This document shows, piece after piece, positions 28,222 through 40,292 of a DNA stretch of 64,000 nt. Numbering within the stretch: position 1 is the stretch's first letter; each line of letters opens with the position of its first letter. The notes under the pieces are model-generated. The model was not told where the DNA came from, made no database searches, and saw only the letters and a program-made list of their open reading frames with translations. The stretch comes from Balanoglossus misakiensis (taxonomy: Eukaryota; Animalia; Hemichordata), in assembly GCA_040954595.2 (NCBI GenBank), contig CM082577.2, positions 7,217,846 to 7,281,845 of the forward strand, given 5' to 3'. The translations under genes were made by a program, and so were the position numbers.

Positions 28222-29375
28222 CTTTCTGCCTCGACTTTATCGCCTGGAATCGTCGATGTCTGCAAAACTGTGGCCTTGAGTCTTGGGTATCATGCGGTCC
28301 CCGCTCTGTCTCGGACCACTGTTGGTGTGTGTAACCATGGAATCAAATCGTATGCGCGTAATTGGTACCGCACCAGCTAGCCGGACTCGAGTCTTGGACT
28401 ATCCGAACGGGGTAACCATGTAAACAAAACCGACGTACCTGCACCTGACAACACAAAGTTGGACGCACGTAATTTTAAAATGAAAGCTCTGGTTCAGGTA
28501 CACTAATGCCAGTGTCCAGGCTGCGGTATAAAGCGTAGCCTCTACCTACACGCTAGTTCAGTGAACAAACTGTCTGAAATCACCAGTGTGTTGTCCGTAG
28601 TGCAGTAGTGCGGGCCCTCTCTATTTAGTGCCTGTCTTGTGAACGCGGACCCTTCTACTGCAGGTTTATCAGGCAACCAGGTAACACGAAGCTCGTCATA
28701 GTTCACAGAGTTATTCACCGGAAAGGTCGCATAGCTCCATCGATTATTTCAATATAAATAGCCTTAGAAGTTTTGCGTCAGCAGGTTACTCTTGCACTGC
28801 AGTCATGTTGGTATTAACCTAATTACATGTAATTGGTCGCTTGCCAAAGGGTTTTAGTTTTCGCCTTTGTCCATTTACACGTAAGTTCAATGTGCCCGTC
28901 TGAAGCGTCGCTAGCTGTTTCTGCGGTTGCGAAGACATTTATTATTCTTACGTACTTTTGTGTTGGGGTTGGGAAAATGCCTTCTAGAAACCCCGTATTA
29001 GTTTCAAAAACATCTGATCGGGCATCCGATTAAATATTAACGCGGTGTCATTACGATGCGTCTCGCCTGTTGACATGACAACCCAGCGCCTCCTAGATCC
29101 ATACACACAAGTCCCGGTCGCACAGATTTTGAAATCCAACTTCCCCCTTTTATTGTTTGTTAACCCGATAGTCGTAGACATCAACCGTCTTTGTTATATA
29201 CTATGTATGTGACTGAACAAAAGCTCTTTGTGTGGGCATGTTGGTAACGTAGGCCCCATCCAAACGATGTGAAAGGGTTTTATTTGTCAAAGAATTGACC
29301 AGATCTTCCACCCCGCTCGACTTAATATGGCTCCTAACAAAGCTTCTCAGGTTGTCACAGATTTACAAAGCGAAA

Positions 29376-29393
29376 TTTATTTATTTATTTATT
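29376..29393 (-). terminator. Overlapping AATAAA hexamers, candidate polyadenylation signal of ankyrin gene A
   Basis: (TTTA)n tract reading AATAAATAAATAAA on the minus strand, about 470 nt beyond the stop at 29857; supports A and B being separate genes. Confidence 0.45.
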
Positions 29394-29560
29394 TAAAACC
29401 ACCGCCACTGAACGAATGTTGAACGTCTGGAATACGCTGTATAACAATAAATTATCTGTCAGTGAAAAAAGACATTTCAGTAGAATATGATACCACTTTG
29501 TAACTATGTAACTAACAAAGTATCCATGTCTTGTAAATGTGCAGATTTCAGTGAGGCAAC

Positions 29561-29640
29561 TATTGAATAATATCTTAAGAATCCAAATATTGAATAAAAA
29601 AATCTTAAAAATTCAAATATTGAATAATATCTTAAGATTT
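29561..29640. repeat. Imperfect ~28-bp tandem repeat, 3 copies (TATTGAATAATATCTTAAGA...)
   Basis: Units tattgaataatatcttaagaatccaaa / tattgaataaaaaaatcttaaaaattcaaa / tattgaataatatcttaagattt, in the 3' UTR region of gene A. Confidence 0.8.
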
Positions 29641-29856
29641 GAAATTTCAAACCGTTATCTTTCAAGTTTAAACATTACTACCATGTACGTACCAGTCACG
29701 TATCTGAGTACTCTGTGACAAAGTCTGTTTTGCATTGTTAATGGTGTGAAAAGTTACGGACATTATTGTTACAAAAATATATCATGAGAGTTTCAGTGTC
29801 ATTGAAATATTGCTGTAATGTTCAACCGGGAATTCTCCCACTCGAATTATTACTAA

Positions 29857-32800
29857 CTACTGCATGATTGTGCGCAGGTGTTCCTGTGCTTGTGTGGGAT
29901 CGACGTTCTCCCAGTCCGCCACATTCGCCAATGCCCATTCTGTGTGGCCGAAAGCAAGGGCGGTCTCAGTTGCAGATAAACCCTCCAGGAACGAACTGCT
30001 CGTTGAAGAACACATGTTGAGAAGTACCTCCGTTAAAAGAGGCAATTTCAGAATAGCTGCCTGGTGAAGAGCTCTGCGTCTGTCCACATTACCTATGAAG
30101 TCCAATGCAGATTCGATGACGACGTTTCGTTTACTCTCGTCAGTGCTTGTTAGCACGCTTTCCAGCGCAACCAGTGCCCTGCTGTGTATATTGTTCGCTC
30201 CTCTCGCGTAGCACGCTTCTAGGAATGCACCCAGATTGTTGCGAGTGCACCCGATATGACTGAAGTCCTCACCACTGTTGAGACAAATGTTCCTTAGCAA
30301 GTTCCGAGAAGCCTGCACGTCTCTGCCCTTCAAACCCCACCCGTACAAGCGTTTGATTTCAGTTGCCTTTGACAGACGGGTCCCAACGGCAGCGGAGGAC
30401 ATCAGGGAAGCGCTTGGTGAAATCGTGGATTGAGGCGATTCCTCGTCACCGTGTAGAACTCTTCTGGACCACCCAAAGCTAAGACTTCGCAGACAGTGCA
30501 CGCAACTGTAGTCTACATTCTCTGAGTGATCAGACGCATGAATGTCCGCTGCAGGCAAGCCATGTTGAAGAGCGTGCGGAAGAAAATGCATACGACCAAG
30601 TGCGCACGCATAACCAGCTGGAGTCAACCCAGACTCATCCGACATGAGGAGTACTTCTTCGTCGACGGTGTCTCTTACTTCCTTGATCATTTCTTCACAG
30701 CGGGACCCGAGAACTGCTAAATGCATGATATTTTGACCGTGCGTGTGCCGAACCACTTCGGGCTTGGCACCAAGGCTAATGAGAGTCCTGAAGCATTCAA
30801 GTTGGTTGTGCAACACGGCTAACGCAAGAGGCGACCCAGCTGATGGTGAAAGATCTCGCTGGTTAAGGATCACGTCTCTGTTCACATCCGACTGGTTCTC
30901 TAGAAGTAACCGCAGACAGCTGTCGCTTCCAGAAGTGGCTGCCGCAGCCACTGCTAGTTTAAGGGCATCTGTACGCTTATCGGTATCATCTACACTATTC
31001 ACAAATGTCGCTGAATCCATAGATGATGATCGAATCACGCTCTTTGCAATTCCCTCTGCGCGGTACTTCAGGGCTCTGAGCAGCAATGAAAGACAGCCAC
31101 CGGACTCTCTCAGTGAAAACCACCGACTCCTTTCAGTCTGTCCACTCTCGGGTTCTTCTTCATTTGTGGCCGTCATGTGATTACGCAGCCAACCAAATGC
31201 AAACAACACAGGTCCAGATGGTGAATCCTCCATAGTAGCTTCACTGAGTAGACTCACGTGGTCACTCAGGTGGCCAGTCTCTGTCTCTTCACAGCTGCAC
31301 AGCAACTCATACACGTCCGCATGTCCCTGCGCCAGTGCGTACACAGCAGGAGGTAAACCCTGCAGATCTCTTGCAGCAGCCCCTGGGCAACCATGTTCGA
31401 TTAGTACTTCTATTACATCCTTCCAGCCATAGAAGCCAGCCACGTGATAAACAGACAGAGACTCGTCAGCAAACATGTGCTGCAAAGAACCGATTTCAAC
31501 ACTGCTGTCATGATACATTTTCTCCATGACAAACTTGACAACACTTGGATGGTTGTTTTGTGATGCAGCATCCAACACGGTAACGGCGCGCGATGTGTTC
31601 AGGCTACTGTTTACGCTCAGCTCTAGTGGTATGTCCCAGTTTTCAGCGAGTTCTCTCAGTGTTTCTAGATGCCCATTATACGCAGCAAGAAAGGGTAATT
31701 CACGGGGATTGTTGATTCCTTCTTTAGCATGTGAAGGAGAACCAGCGTGCTGAGTAAGTGCCTGAAGTATTGAAGTACAACCTCTAAAACACGCCCAGTG
31801 GAATGCTGTCCATGATGGTCTCTGATAAGCCTGTGGCACTAGCTGCATTGCATCCGCATCTAACACTGCATAGATATGAACTCCATAATTTAGTAACACG
31901 TTTACAAGTGATTCATGGGCATATCTGCAAGCTACATGCAGTGCTATCACTTGGGAAGCTGTGTAGAGCATGTTGTCATCCTTGCAATACTTGACGTAGC
32001 ATTCAACGACTGATGTTTGACCGTCTTCAGCTGACCTTATGAAGGTAGGCAGCCACTTTGTTGCATCTTCAATGCCTGCTTTAGAAATGAGCATTTCTGC
32101 TATATCCCACAGTCTCCTGTTCATTATGATGTTCTGTGAAGCTTCCGTGTGTTGTAATTTGTACGATTTCAGTCCTGCCACAACGATACCCACACAAGCC
32201 GATGTAGTAGCTGCCCCATCTTTACCTATAGGTGACAGTTCCAATAGCATATCCACAACACTGAGAGTCGGATCACCAGATTCATTTGTCAGCAGCATCT
32301 CATCCAAATCAAACCCAAGCTCTTTCAGTTTGCTAAGGACGGTGGCATCCTGTATCGCACAAACCATGAATACCAGAAGGGCTGGTGCCTCCGCGACAGC
32401 TGCACTTGTACCTTCATGGTGTAATAGCCGCTGAACCACTTCTGACCAGTTGCGCCGACCATCACACGAAACTCTGCGGTGATGGTGGGCGTATTGGCTG
32501 TACAGTGAGACGTATTCTGACAGGCTTTTACCGAGCACGTCCTGCCTTGTACTCAGATAAGGTAACATCTTGTAAAGCCATGGTCGCGAGTGTTCTGCCC
32601 AACATGAAACTAAGGCTGCCAGCAGTGGTGATGGGCCTTCAGAAGCGCTTGCCCCCCTCTCTTGAAGATATCCGACTACATCAGAACTTCCACATCGTGC
32701 AGCATAGAACAGGGGTGTTCTCCCTCCCTCATCTTTCGAATTTAACATCCCCGGTCTGTAGTGAAGGATCTCTTTGATAATTTCAATATCGCCCTTGGCG

Positions 32801-35800
32801 CTTGCAGTGTGCAATATACTTGCTGACTTATTTGCACTCTCTTGGGCCATGCCCAGCAGATGCAAGACTTCTCTAACCACATGATCTTCGTCCTCTGCTC
32901 TTGGTCTTTGATATTTATAAGCTGTCTTCTTCACCGGTTCCTCTAGTTTTTTGTTTAATGTTCCGGTGTGTGGAATTCGGCCTTGGTGGATTTTAGCAGA
33001 ATCTGTCATTGTCATCTTTGGTGACTTCGGTCTCTGCTTTCTACTTCCTTCGTCATCAAAAAGCTGAGCCTTAAGCTCGTCACTTCCAAAGTAAAACTCG
33101 TGAACTTCCAGCTTTCTCTTGGTTCTCTTAAATCGCGCTAGAGTATTTGGGAAAAGTTCATCGCGGTGCTCTGACTCATCCCGCACAGTGAGAATTGTGA
33201 CGTCGTTATTGCGGTGTGCCATCAATGTATGGTCGAGGGAAGCTTCCATGTCCTCGGTTGTCTGCATGCCTGGATTCGGGTAGAACATTTTGCGGCCTGT
33301 TTTCAATGCAACGGTGCCCATGCCTCTGAGTAACGCCTTCATATTACTGTCACAATGACACACTTCTCTGAATTTATGGAGGTACACATCGATATTGCAT
33401 TTACTCTTGTGTGGGTTTGCTCCGTGCAGGAGAAGTCTTCTTGCGACCAGCAGGCGGCCATTGGCGACTGAGTAGAGCAACGGTGTCCGTCCACCGCGCC
33501 CGGGGTCGTCAAATGGTACAAGCCTGTGGGCATCATGCAGGGATAATAACTTCTCCACGATTTCCAGTTTCCCTGCCTTTGCTGCATAGTGGAATAATGA
33601 ACAACCATGTCTGTCTGTCTTTAACTTGTCTGATGGCGTTAGCTCTTCATACGTCAGCGATTTCATGATTTCTTCCACAAGCTTCCACAGGTCTTTTGAA
33701 GCGGCTTTGAGGATGAGAAGGGAGACGTCTTCTTCGGTGCCTGGAACTGGTTTCAGCTGTTTCTGGATGTACTGGTTGTACACTGTCATGGCAACATCTT
33801 CGTGACGTTTATGAATAGCAATGAGAAGTGGCGTCCTGTGAAAATAAATAACAGGAAGATATTTTCTTAATTAATTAATTAATTAATTAATTTACTTAAT
33901 CACCCACATTGAGAGGTTTTACAAACAACAAATTGATAATAATATAACAATGCATAACAGTATACCGATATGTATTGTGTAAGAGCATCAACAGTTCTTA
34001 CCAAAGGCCAGCGCGTTTACTTGGAGAATACAATACATTAGCAGTTACTCCCGTACTGAGAATGTGCTCAACTGCTTCATTGTCACCTCGTAAGCAGGCA
34101 CGATATATAGCTGGTCCCTCGTAGATATCATCATACATGTAATCCGGCCTGTAATCAAATCAAATGTAGGCTACATGTAACTTGATTATACTAGTATTTT
34201 CGGTCACTGAAGATAGACGGTTCATAATACAAGGTTTTGTTTTTACCATTAAACAGGAATGCTTGATGTCAGTTATGAATTATCTTCTGATCACAATCAC
34301 CCTCTCACTGCCATTCATCAATCTACAACCACCAAATGCAGACTTGTTAATGTCCACAAAGTTTCTAAGATATAATGCCCAACTATTCCCTGACATATCA
34401 CTTACTCGGACTTCAATATGTTTTCCATTTGCAATCGCCTGTAGTCAGATAGGTTTGGTACATCAACGCCTGTAAGTAAAAGAAAGATTCAGAAAGACAT
34501 TGATATAATGGTAAATTTAGCCACAGTAATACTTTGAAACTTTCACAAGAACTTCACAAAGACTTCATTCAAGCTATTCAACAAATACTGCCTTTCCTCA
34601 CTTTGCCCTGGAAAGAATGTAGTACAATGGTAATTTTTACCCGAAAATTCATATATATCAAGCAGACACTTGACAATACGCTGGCTTCTTCTGTCGATGG
34701 CAAGTTCGAGTGGAGTCCGTTTCCAATTATCTTGGACTTGTAGATTTGCAGATGTTCTGCACAACAGTCTACACACAGTTTCGTTCTCTGTTATGACTGC
34801 AGTGTGTATGGGACTGGTCGCAGCAGGTTGCACAGAAGTCACCTGAAACGCTGACTTGAACCGCGGACTGTTGGCGCGGTTTCGTCTTGAGAGTCTCGGT
34901 GCGTGAAGACAGTGTGCGTCCCAGATCTGATCTTGTGAACGGAAATCCGGCCACGTCACTGGCGATGAATTGTGGGTACTAGGTGGCTCTCCTGACATGT
35001 TCCCTTCTCCAGTGCGATGCCATATTCTCTCGACGAAGTCCACCGCGTCATTGTCTGTCATGTGGGCAGCGTGGTGAATTGCAGTGAGGCCCATGTTATC
35101 TGCAAGACCGACGCCCACGTGGTCACCATATTCGACAGCCATCCAGTGCGCAAGCTCGAAATGTCTGTAATGCAGTGCGGTGAGCAGAGGCGTCCTTCCC
35201 ACTCTGTCTCGTGGGGTGGCCTCTATCGTGCCGTTTCGGAGGAACAGCTCGACAACATCCCGCCGACCCGACTGACATGCGTAATGCAGTGGGGTGGCTC
35301 CCCGTTGGTCTTCAGCATTGGGGTTGACGTTATCTTGGTTCAGGAGAAACTCACAAATCCCACAACGGCCGAGCTGGGCAGCTTCGTGTAACGCAGTCCG
35401 CCCGAGGTAGTCCGCAAGTGCAGCATCGGCACCGTTGATCAGCAACGTTCGAAAGACGTCAACTTCGCCATCCGTAATGACTTTGCTCAAAAATATCTGA
35501 CAAATAACTTTGTCTCCGCATGATTTCAACACCCTGTGGAATTCTCTCTTGCATTTCGTCGACTCTAGGTATTCCAGTACATACAATCGAGTAGGCCTAT
35601 CGAGAGGCACTGTCTGGTTTTCAAAGAGCGCAATGAGCACGTCGGTTCTTCTTCTCTCTGCCGCAAGTTGCACGGCTTTGAGAAACTGGGCAGGCTTTAT
35701 TGGTAACGACAGCAACGTCGTAACTATTGATGAATTTCCTCTGCGACTAGCCACCACCAGTGGCGAGCAACCGCTTTGGTCTTCTTTGTCGTTCGTGGCG

Positions 35801-38800
35801 CCCTTTCCAAGCAGCGCACTCGCCATTTCCCCCTGGTTATTCTCTGCCGCTTCGTGTAGCAGGCTTCGCCTTAAATAGTTCCTATTATCATCTACATCAT
35901 CAATATACTCAAGCATCTTCATGAATACAGTCACATTTGCATCCACTGTGGCCAGGAAGGCGAAATGTCTCGCTGTTTGGGGTGACACTCTCACGCCGAG
36001 AAAATACTTCTCCCACGAGGGCAAAGGGACAAGGCGAAGGAATTTGTGAGTTTGGCCTCCAATGATACACTCAATACTTTCGTGATCGGCTCCCTTTCCA
36101 ACGAGCAGGGACGCAATCAGATATCTCTTTCTCTCAAATGACCGGTAGAGGGCCGTTTTCCCATTAATATCATTGACGTCAATCATGTCTAACTCGACGA
36201 ACATTGTGAGGAGTTCCAACACAGCGTCGGTCTGGCCATTAGATGACGCGTAATGTAACGGCGTGGATTGGCGCGTGTCCAGTAATGCTGTCTTGTGAAC
36301 ATCATCGGTGAAGACATCCAAGATTTCTCGCAGTCTTTCCATTTGCCCATAAGCTGCAGCTTCATGGATACCAGCGATATCACCTGTATCGGAAAATTTG
36401 AAAGAGAAAGGGTAATACAATGGTCAAGTTCTGTACCGAGTTTAATTATGCAAAATTACTTCAAAATTCGCGTTTACTAATAAACATAATAAGCCACTTT
36501 TGCCTACGATCGTTCAGTTCTTTCACGTGTGCAAAATTGTCTGCCAAAAATCTACATAACTTTTTTTGGTTGGGATTTATTAACAATGTACTTTAAGATT
36601 CCATAAATACCAACATTCCAGGCTACTGAGTCAATAAGTTTCTTGCCGCAGTACAACACATGATCTTCGTACTATATAAGTTACATCAGTACTCACTATG
36701 GCGTTTACGGTGTAAACACTTGTACATCTGAGTCTGGTTGGGGATGAAGTCAAAATACACAACTGCCCTTTCTCCTTCGACACAGTTAGCTGTTTTTTCT
36801 AGACCGTTTACCTCTGTATAACTGTCGTTTTCGCTTGTTTGTGATCTCTCAGCATTTACAGTCGACGACTTTAAACTTTCAGTTTCCGGTACATCATTGC
36901 CTGGGACGTCTTCGTCTTCAACTTCTCTGATCATGTCAAGAACGGACCGACCTTCCTTTATCTGCACGAGGAACACCACACCCATTATACCTATGCATTT
37001 GTCGGGTTCAGTTTGCATTGTGTGGTAATTTACGTGTTCGTACTGGAAATGCTTCCCGGGGACCCCGAGTCGCATCCTACGTAGCATACCGAGGACTTTC
37101 TTGTCAGTCTCTTTCGCTCGGGGGACAAAATTGAATTTCCATCCTCTGGTTTTTCGGACAAACACAAATGCCTCTCCTATCTTCGGTGACAATTTCTCTC
37201 TGCATTCACTCAGTGTCGTGTCACGGCTGGCCACAATCTCGTACAGTACTTTGGCGCCATTCAGAAGTTTGAAGGTTATCGCGCCTTTAAACTTATAAAC
37301 AGGGGGACTTGATTGGTCGGTGACTTTCCCGCCTTCTTCTGCGTCGTTCCGAACGACCAACAGGTGGGGCTGTGTCCGGGGAACTTCATCGTGCAACGGC
37401 TGTTGTTCTGGTGTCGCAGTTTGGCTGTACCGAGGGGGCTGCGTGCTGGGTAGATCTGCCATTGGATAGCTATAATCTGGCCACACGGTGTATGCAGGCG
37501 GCGGTGTTTGTCGAATAAATTGTGCTGCCTGTCCGGGTGTCTGGTCAAAACCACTGGCGGCAGTCTGCTGCGTTGGTGGGTATTGTCGGCTTGTGCCTGG
37601 TCCCCATGCCTGTTGAACATCGCCACCTATCGGACACAAATGACAAAATTTTTATCATTTCCTGTTTTAGCGTTCTGCCAAACTTACGATGACTAAATCC
37701 CTTCCCCCTAATAGTGACGTCAGCACTACCTATAAGACGGACAAGTTTTGGCATGTTACCTTCGTTTTGCACAATGCTCTACTATATTGTCATTGTGATG
37801 AACAAAGCATGATACGTCATTAAACACAAACAATATAAACCGAGTTATTCAACCATTCCCATTTATACAGGTAATGCTCGCTCATGGGCATACGTCGTGA
37901 ATAACCTTTATTCTCCTCTCAGGTAGTTTACGTCACTCGTTTATTTATGCGGCAACCTTACCGTGACGGCATCATTCTTTCGGGTGAATAGTCGATGCAA
38001 GCATGGTGGTATCAGATGGAATACTTCAATGTTACGCCGACTTTCTGAGAGTAACGAGTGTCTTATAAGGAACACACGTTGATTGATTGATTGATTGGTT
38101 GGTTGGTTGATCGATTGATTGATTGATTGATCGATCGTTTGTGTTTTTGTTCGACTTTGTGAACGTATCAGGACAAGCACTAGGCTAAGTTATGTCACGA
38201 GACAACAATTAACTGGCACACTATATCCACGTACTAATAGAAAAATGTCTAATTATGGTGGTTATGTGCATAATATTTTTTTACCATTCTATTCAGTTAC
38301 ACCAGGGGTTAGTTTGTATTCGATGTTTTCTTGCTGTATGTGTGAGGTATAATTAAACGACAGACAGCTGTGAAAAGAACCCAGCATAAACAGAACCCGA
38401 AAATGTATGAAGAACCAATATTGCAGCTGATAATAGTCGTTACTGTGAGCTGGAGTGTTTGGAAAAGTGATTGTATGGTGCTGGCAAAAGTATATCCTCC
38501 ATCACAGTAGAGGTTGAGTGTAGCTGTAACTTACAAGTAATTATACAAGAAATTATATTAGAACTTCTGTGTTTTGCTTTGTACAAACTTTCTATTGTCG
38601 TTTACCTGTACACCAGGGTCGTTTGGGCCACACCCGGTTACTGAGACGACCGGCCGTCAGCCATATTGCCTATAGTGAGGAGAAATTGATGAGGGAATCA
38701 GTGAGATTGGGGCGTCTGCTAAAGACTGTTTGACGAGGTTGCTAAATATGTCCACATCTATCCATTATCGAGTCAGAATTAAAATTAAACACGCAGCAGC

Positions 38801-40292
38801 ACTGATTTATGTCCTTCTCCTGAAATAGAATTTTAATCGGCAACATGTGTGGCAAAAATGCGCCGATGAAAACCTGTAAAAAAATCGGGTCATTTATCAG
38901 TGGAACAAAAATAGAGACGGGTACGACTACGACAGGTTACGTGAGAATAAAGACATCAAGAAGGTACCAGCGTTCTTTTCCCTCGGAAACTCCAAATGAA
39001 ACATAGTATAGAGTCAACTGCCTAGACTGGAGTAAATATTTTTTTCCGCCAGTTGCAGGGTACCAGCATTTTAAACACTGTATTCGTCCTGTCAAATGAA
39101 ATCCTTCTATGTAATATTAATGTCTGCCTCGCAAATTAAAATGTCAACACATACATGTATTTGCCGTTTCTCGGTTGACAAGGTCGTCAGCTATCACCGT
39201 CGCATTTAGAAAACGAGCACATCGTGGATTTGAGACCCACACCTGACAAGTGTTGCTGGTTACAAAAACTGCCCGAGGCGAACAAAACCCGGAATAATGC
39301 TACCAGCTAGTGCTTTGGTCTCCTCGTGGAGCATAAAGCGTGACAGCCACGGTAATTGAACTGATGTAAGAGGCAAGCGACAAACGCTGTATGTCCTCAC
39401 AACAGTGGGGGTTTACAATACATGTACTTCAGTGGTATTTACATAACAAATGCATTGTCTTCCCGGCAGTGGAAACTGCTCGTCGATATTTTATGTTTTT
39501 TTAACGTCGTCCTGTGTCAGTCTGCTGTCTTTAGTATTTTTCCTGTGGATTTCGATCAATATATCAATATCAACGAAGCCCCTAGTTAGTCAAAAAGTCG
39601 AACTCACGAATCTGTAAGGTCGCTGATGACACTCAACAAGGTCTATCTCCGCCTGCCCTGGAGGTATCGTTTGTTTACAGTGTTATCTAGCGTGGTAAGC
39701 TTATACGGTCTCGGTATCGAAGTTTTGGACTTCCCTCCCGTGGACACGCCGCCAAAGTGGGCGTTGCCGTGACAACAACCTATATCTACTCTGTACTGTG
39801 TACATGGTGATAGCCAAAGTATGGCGTGTGTTCATTCTGGGCCTCAAAACAAAATACCAACACAGAGACGTAATGGTATATGGCCAAGTGTGTGTGTATA
39901 TTACGTGTACATCGAACTCGGATTACATTTCAAGTCCTTCAAGGCGAAGATATCTCAATGGGCATATTTAGCTCTCAACTCACTCGCTTTAGAAACCTTG
40001 CCGTCGGAATTGAAATCGAGACACGGCACGATAAATCACCCCATACTTTACTTCGGTGACTGTGATCATGGCGTGTCCCTTCACTGAAATAGCGCACAAT
40101 CGATTAAAACTATAGTTTGCAAAGAAAAGTGGAAATCGATCATCGGTAGTGGTGAATACAAATCTGCCTGATTTCATTGTCTTCCCCTCACTGCTTACCT
40201 GGCAGGTTGCTTGAGACCTGGGGCGACGGAACGACTTGGTTGTGGGAGGGGCGCCGTGCGCGATCTGCCACTTTTGTGCCCCCACACCCCAT
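29857..40292 (-). CDS. Giant ankyrin-repeat protein, paralog A (2318 aa), N-terminus MGCGGTK
   Basis: Exons 40292-40199, 37626-36697, 36383-34641, 34469-34406, 34148-34002, 33835-29857; all GT-AG, intron phases 1,1,1,2,2, 6957 nt including stop. ANK motifs (QSTPLHYASSNG, GRTALHEAAQLG, GATPLHYACQSG, GRTPLFYAARCG). Exon-by-exon correspondence with paralog B. Confidence 0.88.
33867..33891. repeat. (TTAA)n microsatellite in an intron of gene A
   Basis: ttaa run read directly. Confidence 0.8.
38079..38135. repeat. Imperfect (GATT)n microsatellite
   Basis: gatt/ggtt run read directly. Confidence 0.85.

Noticed and set aside
15880-40292. One ~5800-aa gene joining both ankyrin blocks
   Set aside because: Gene A ends in an in-frame TAG at a position homologous to B's C-terminus, is followed by AATAAA signals, and B has its own MGC start exon.
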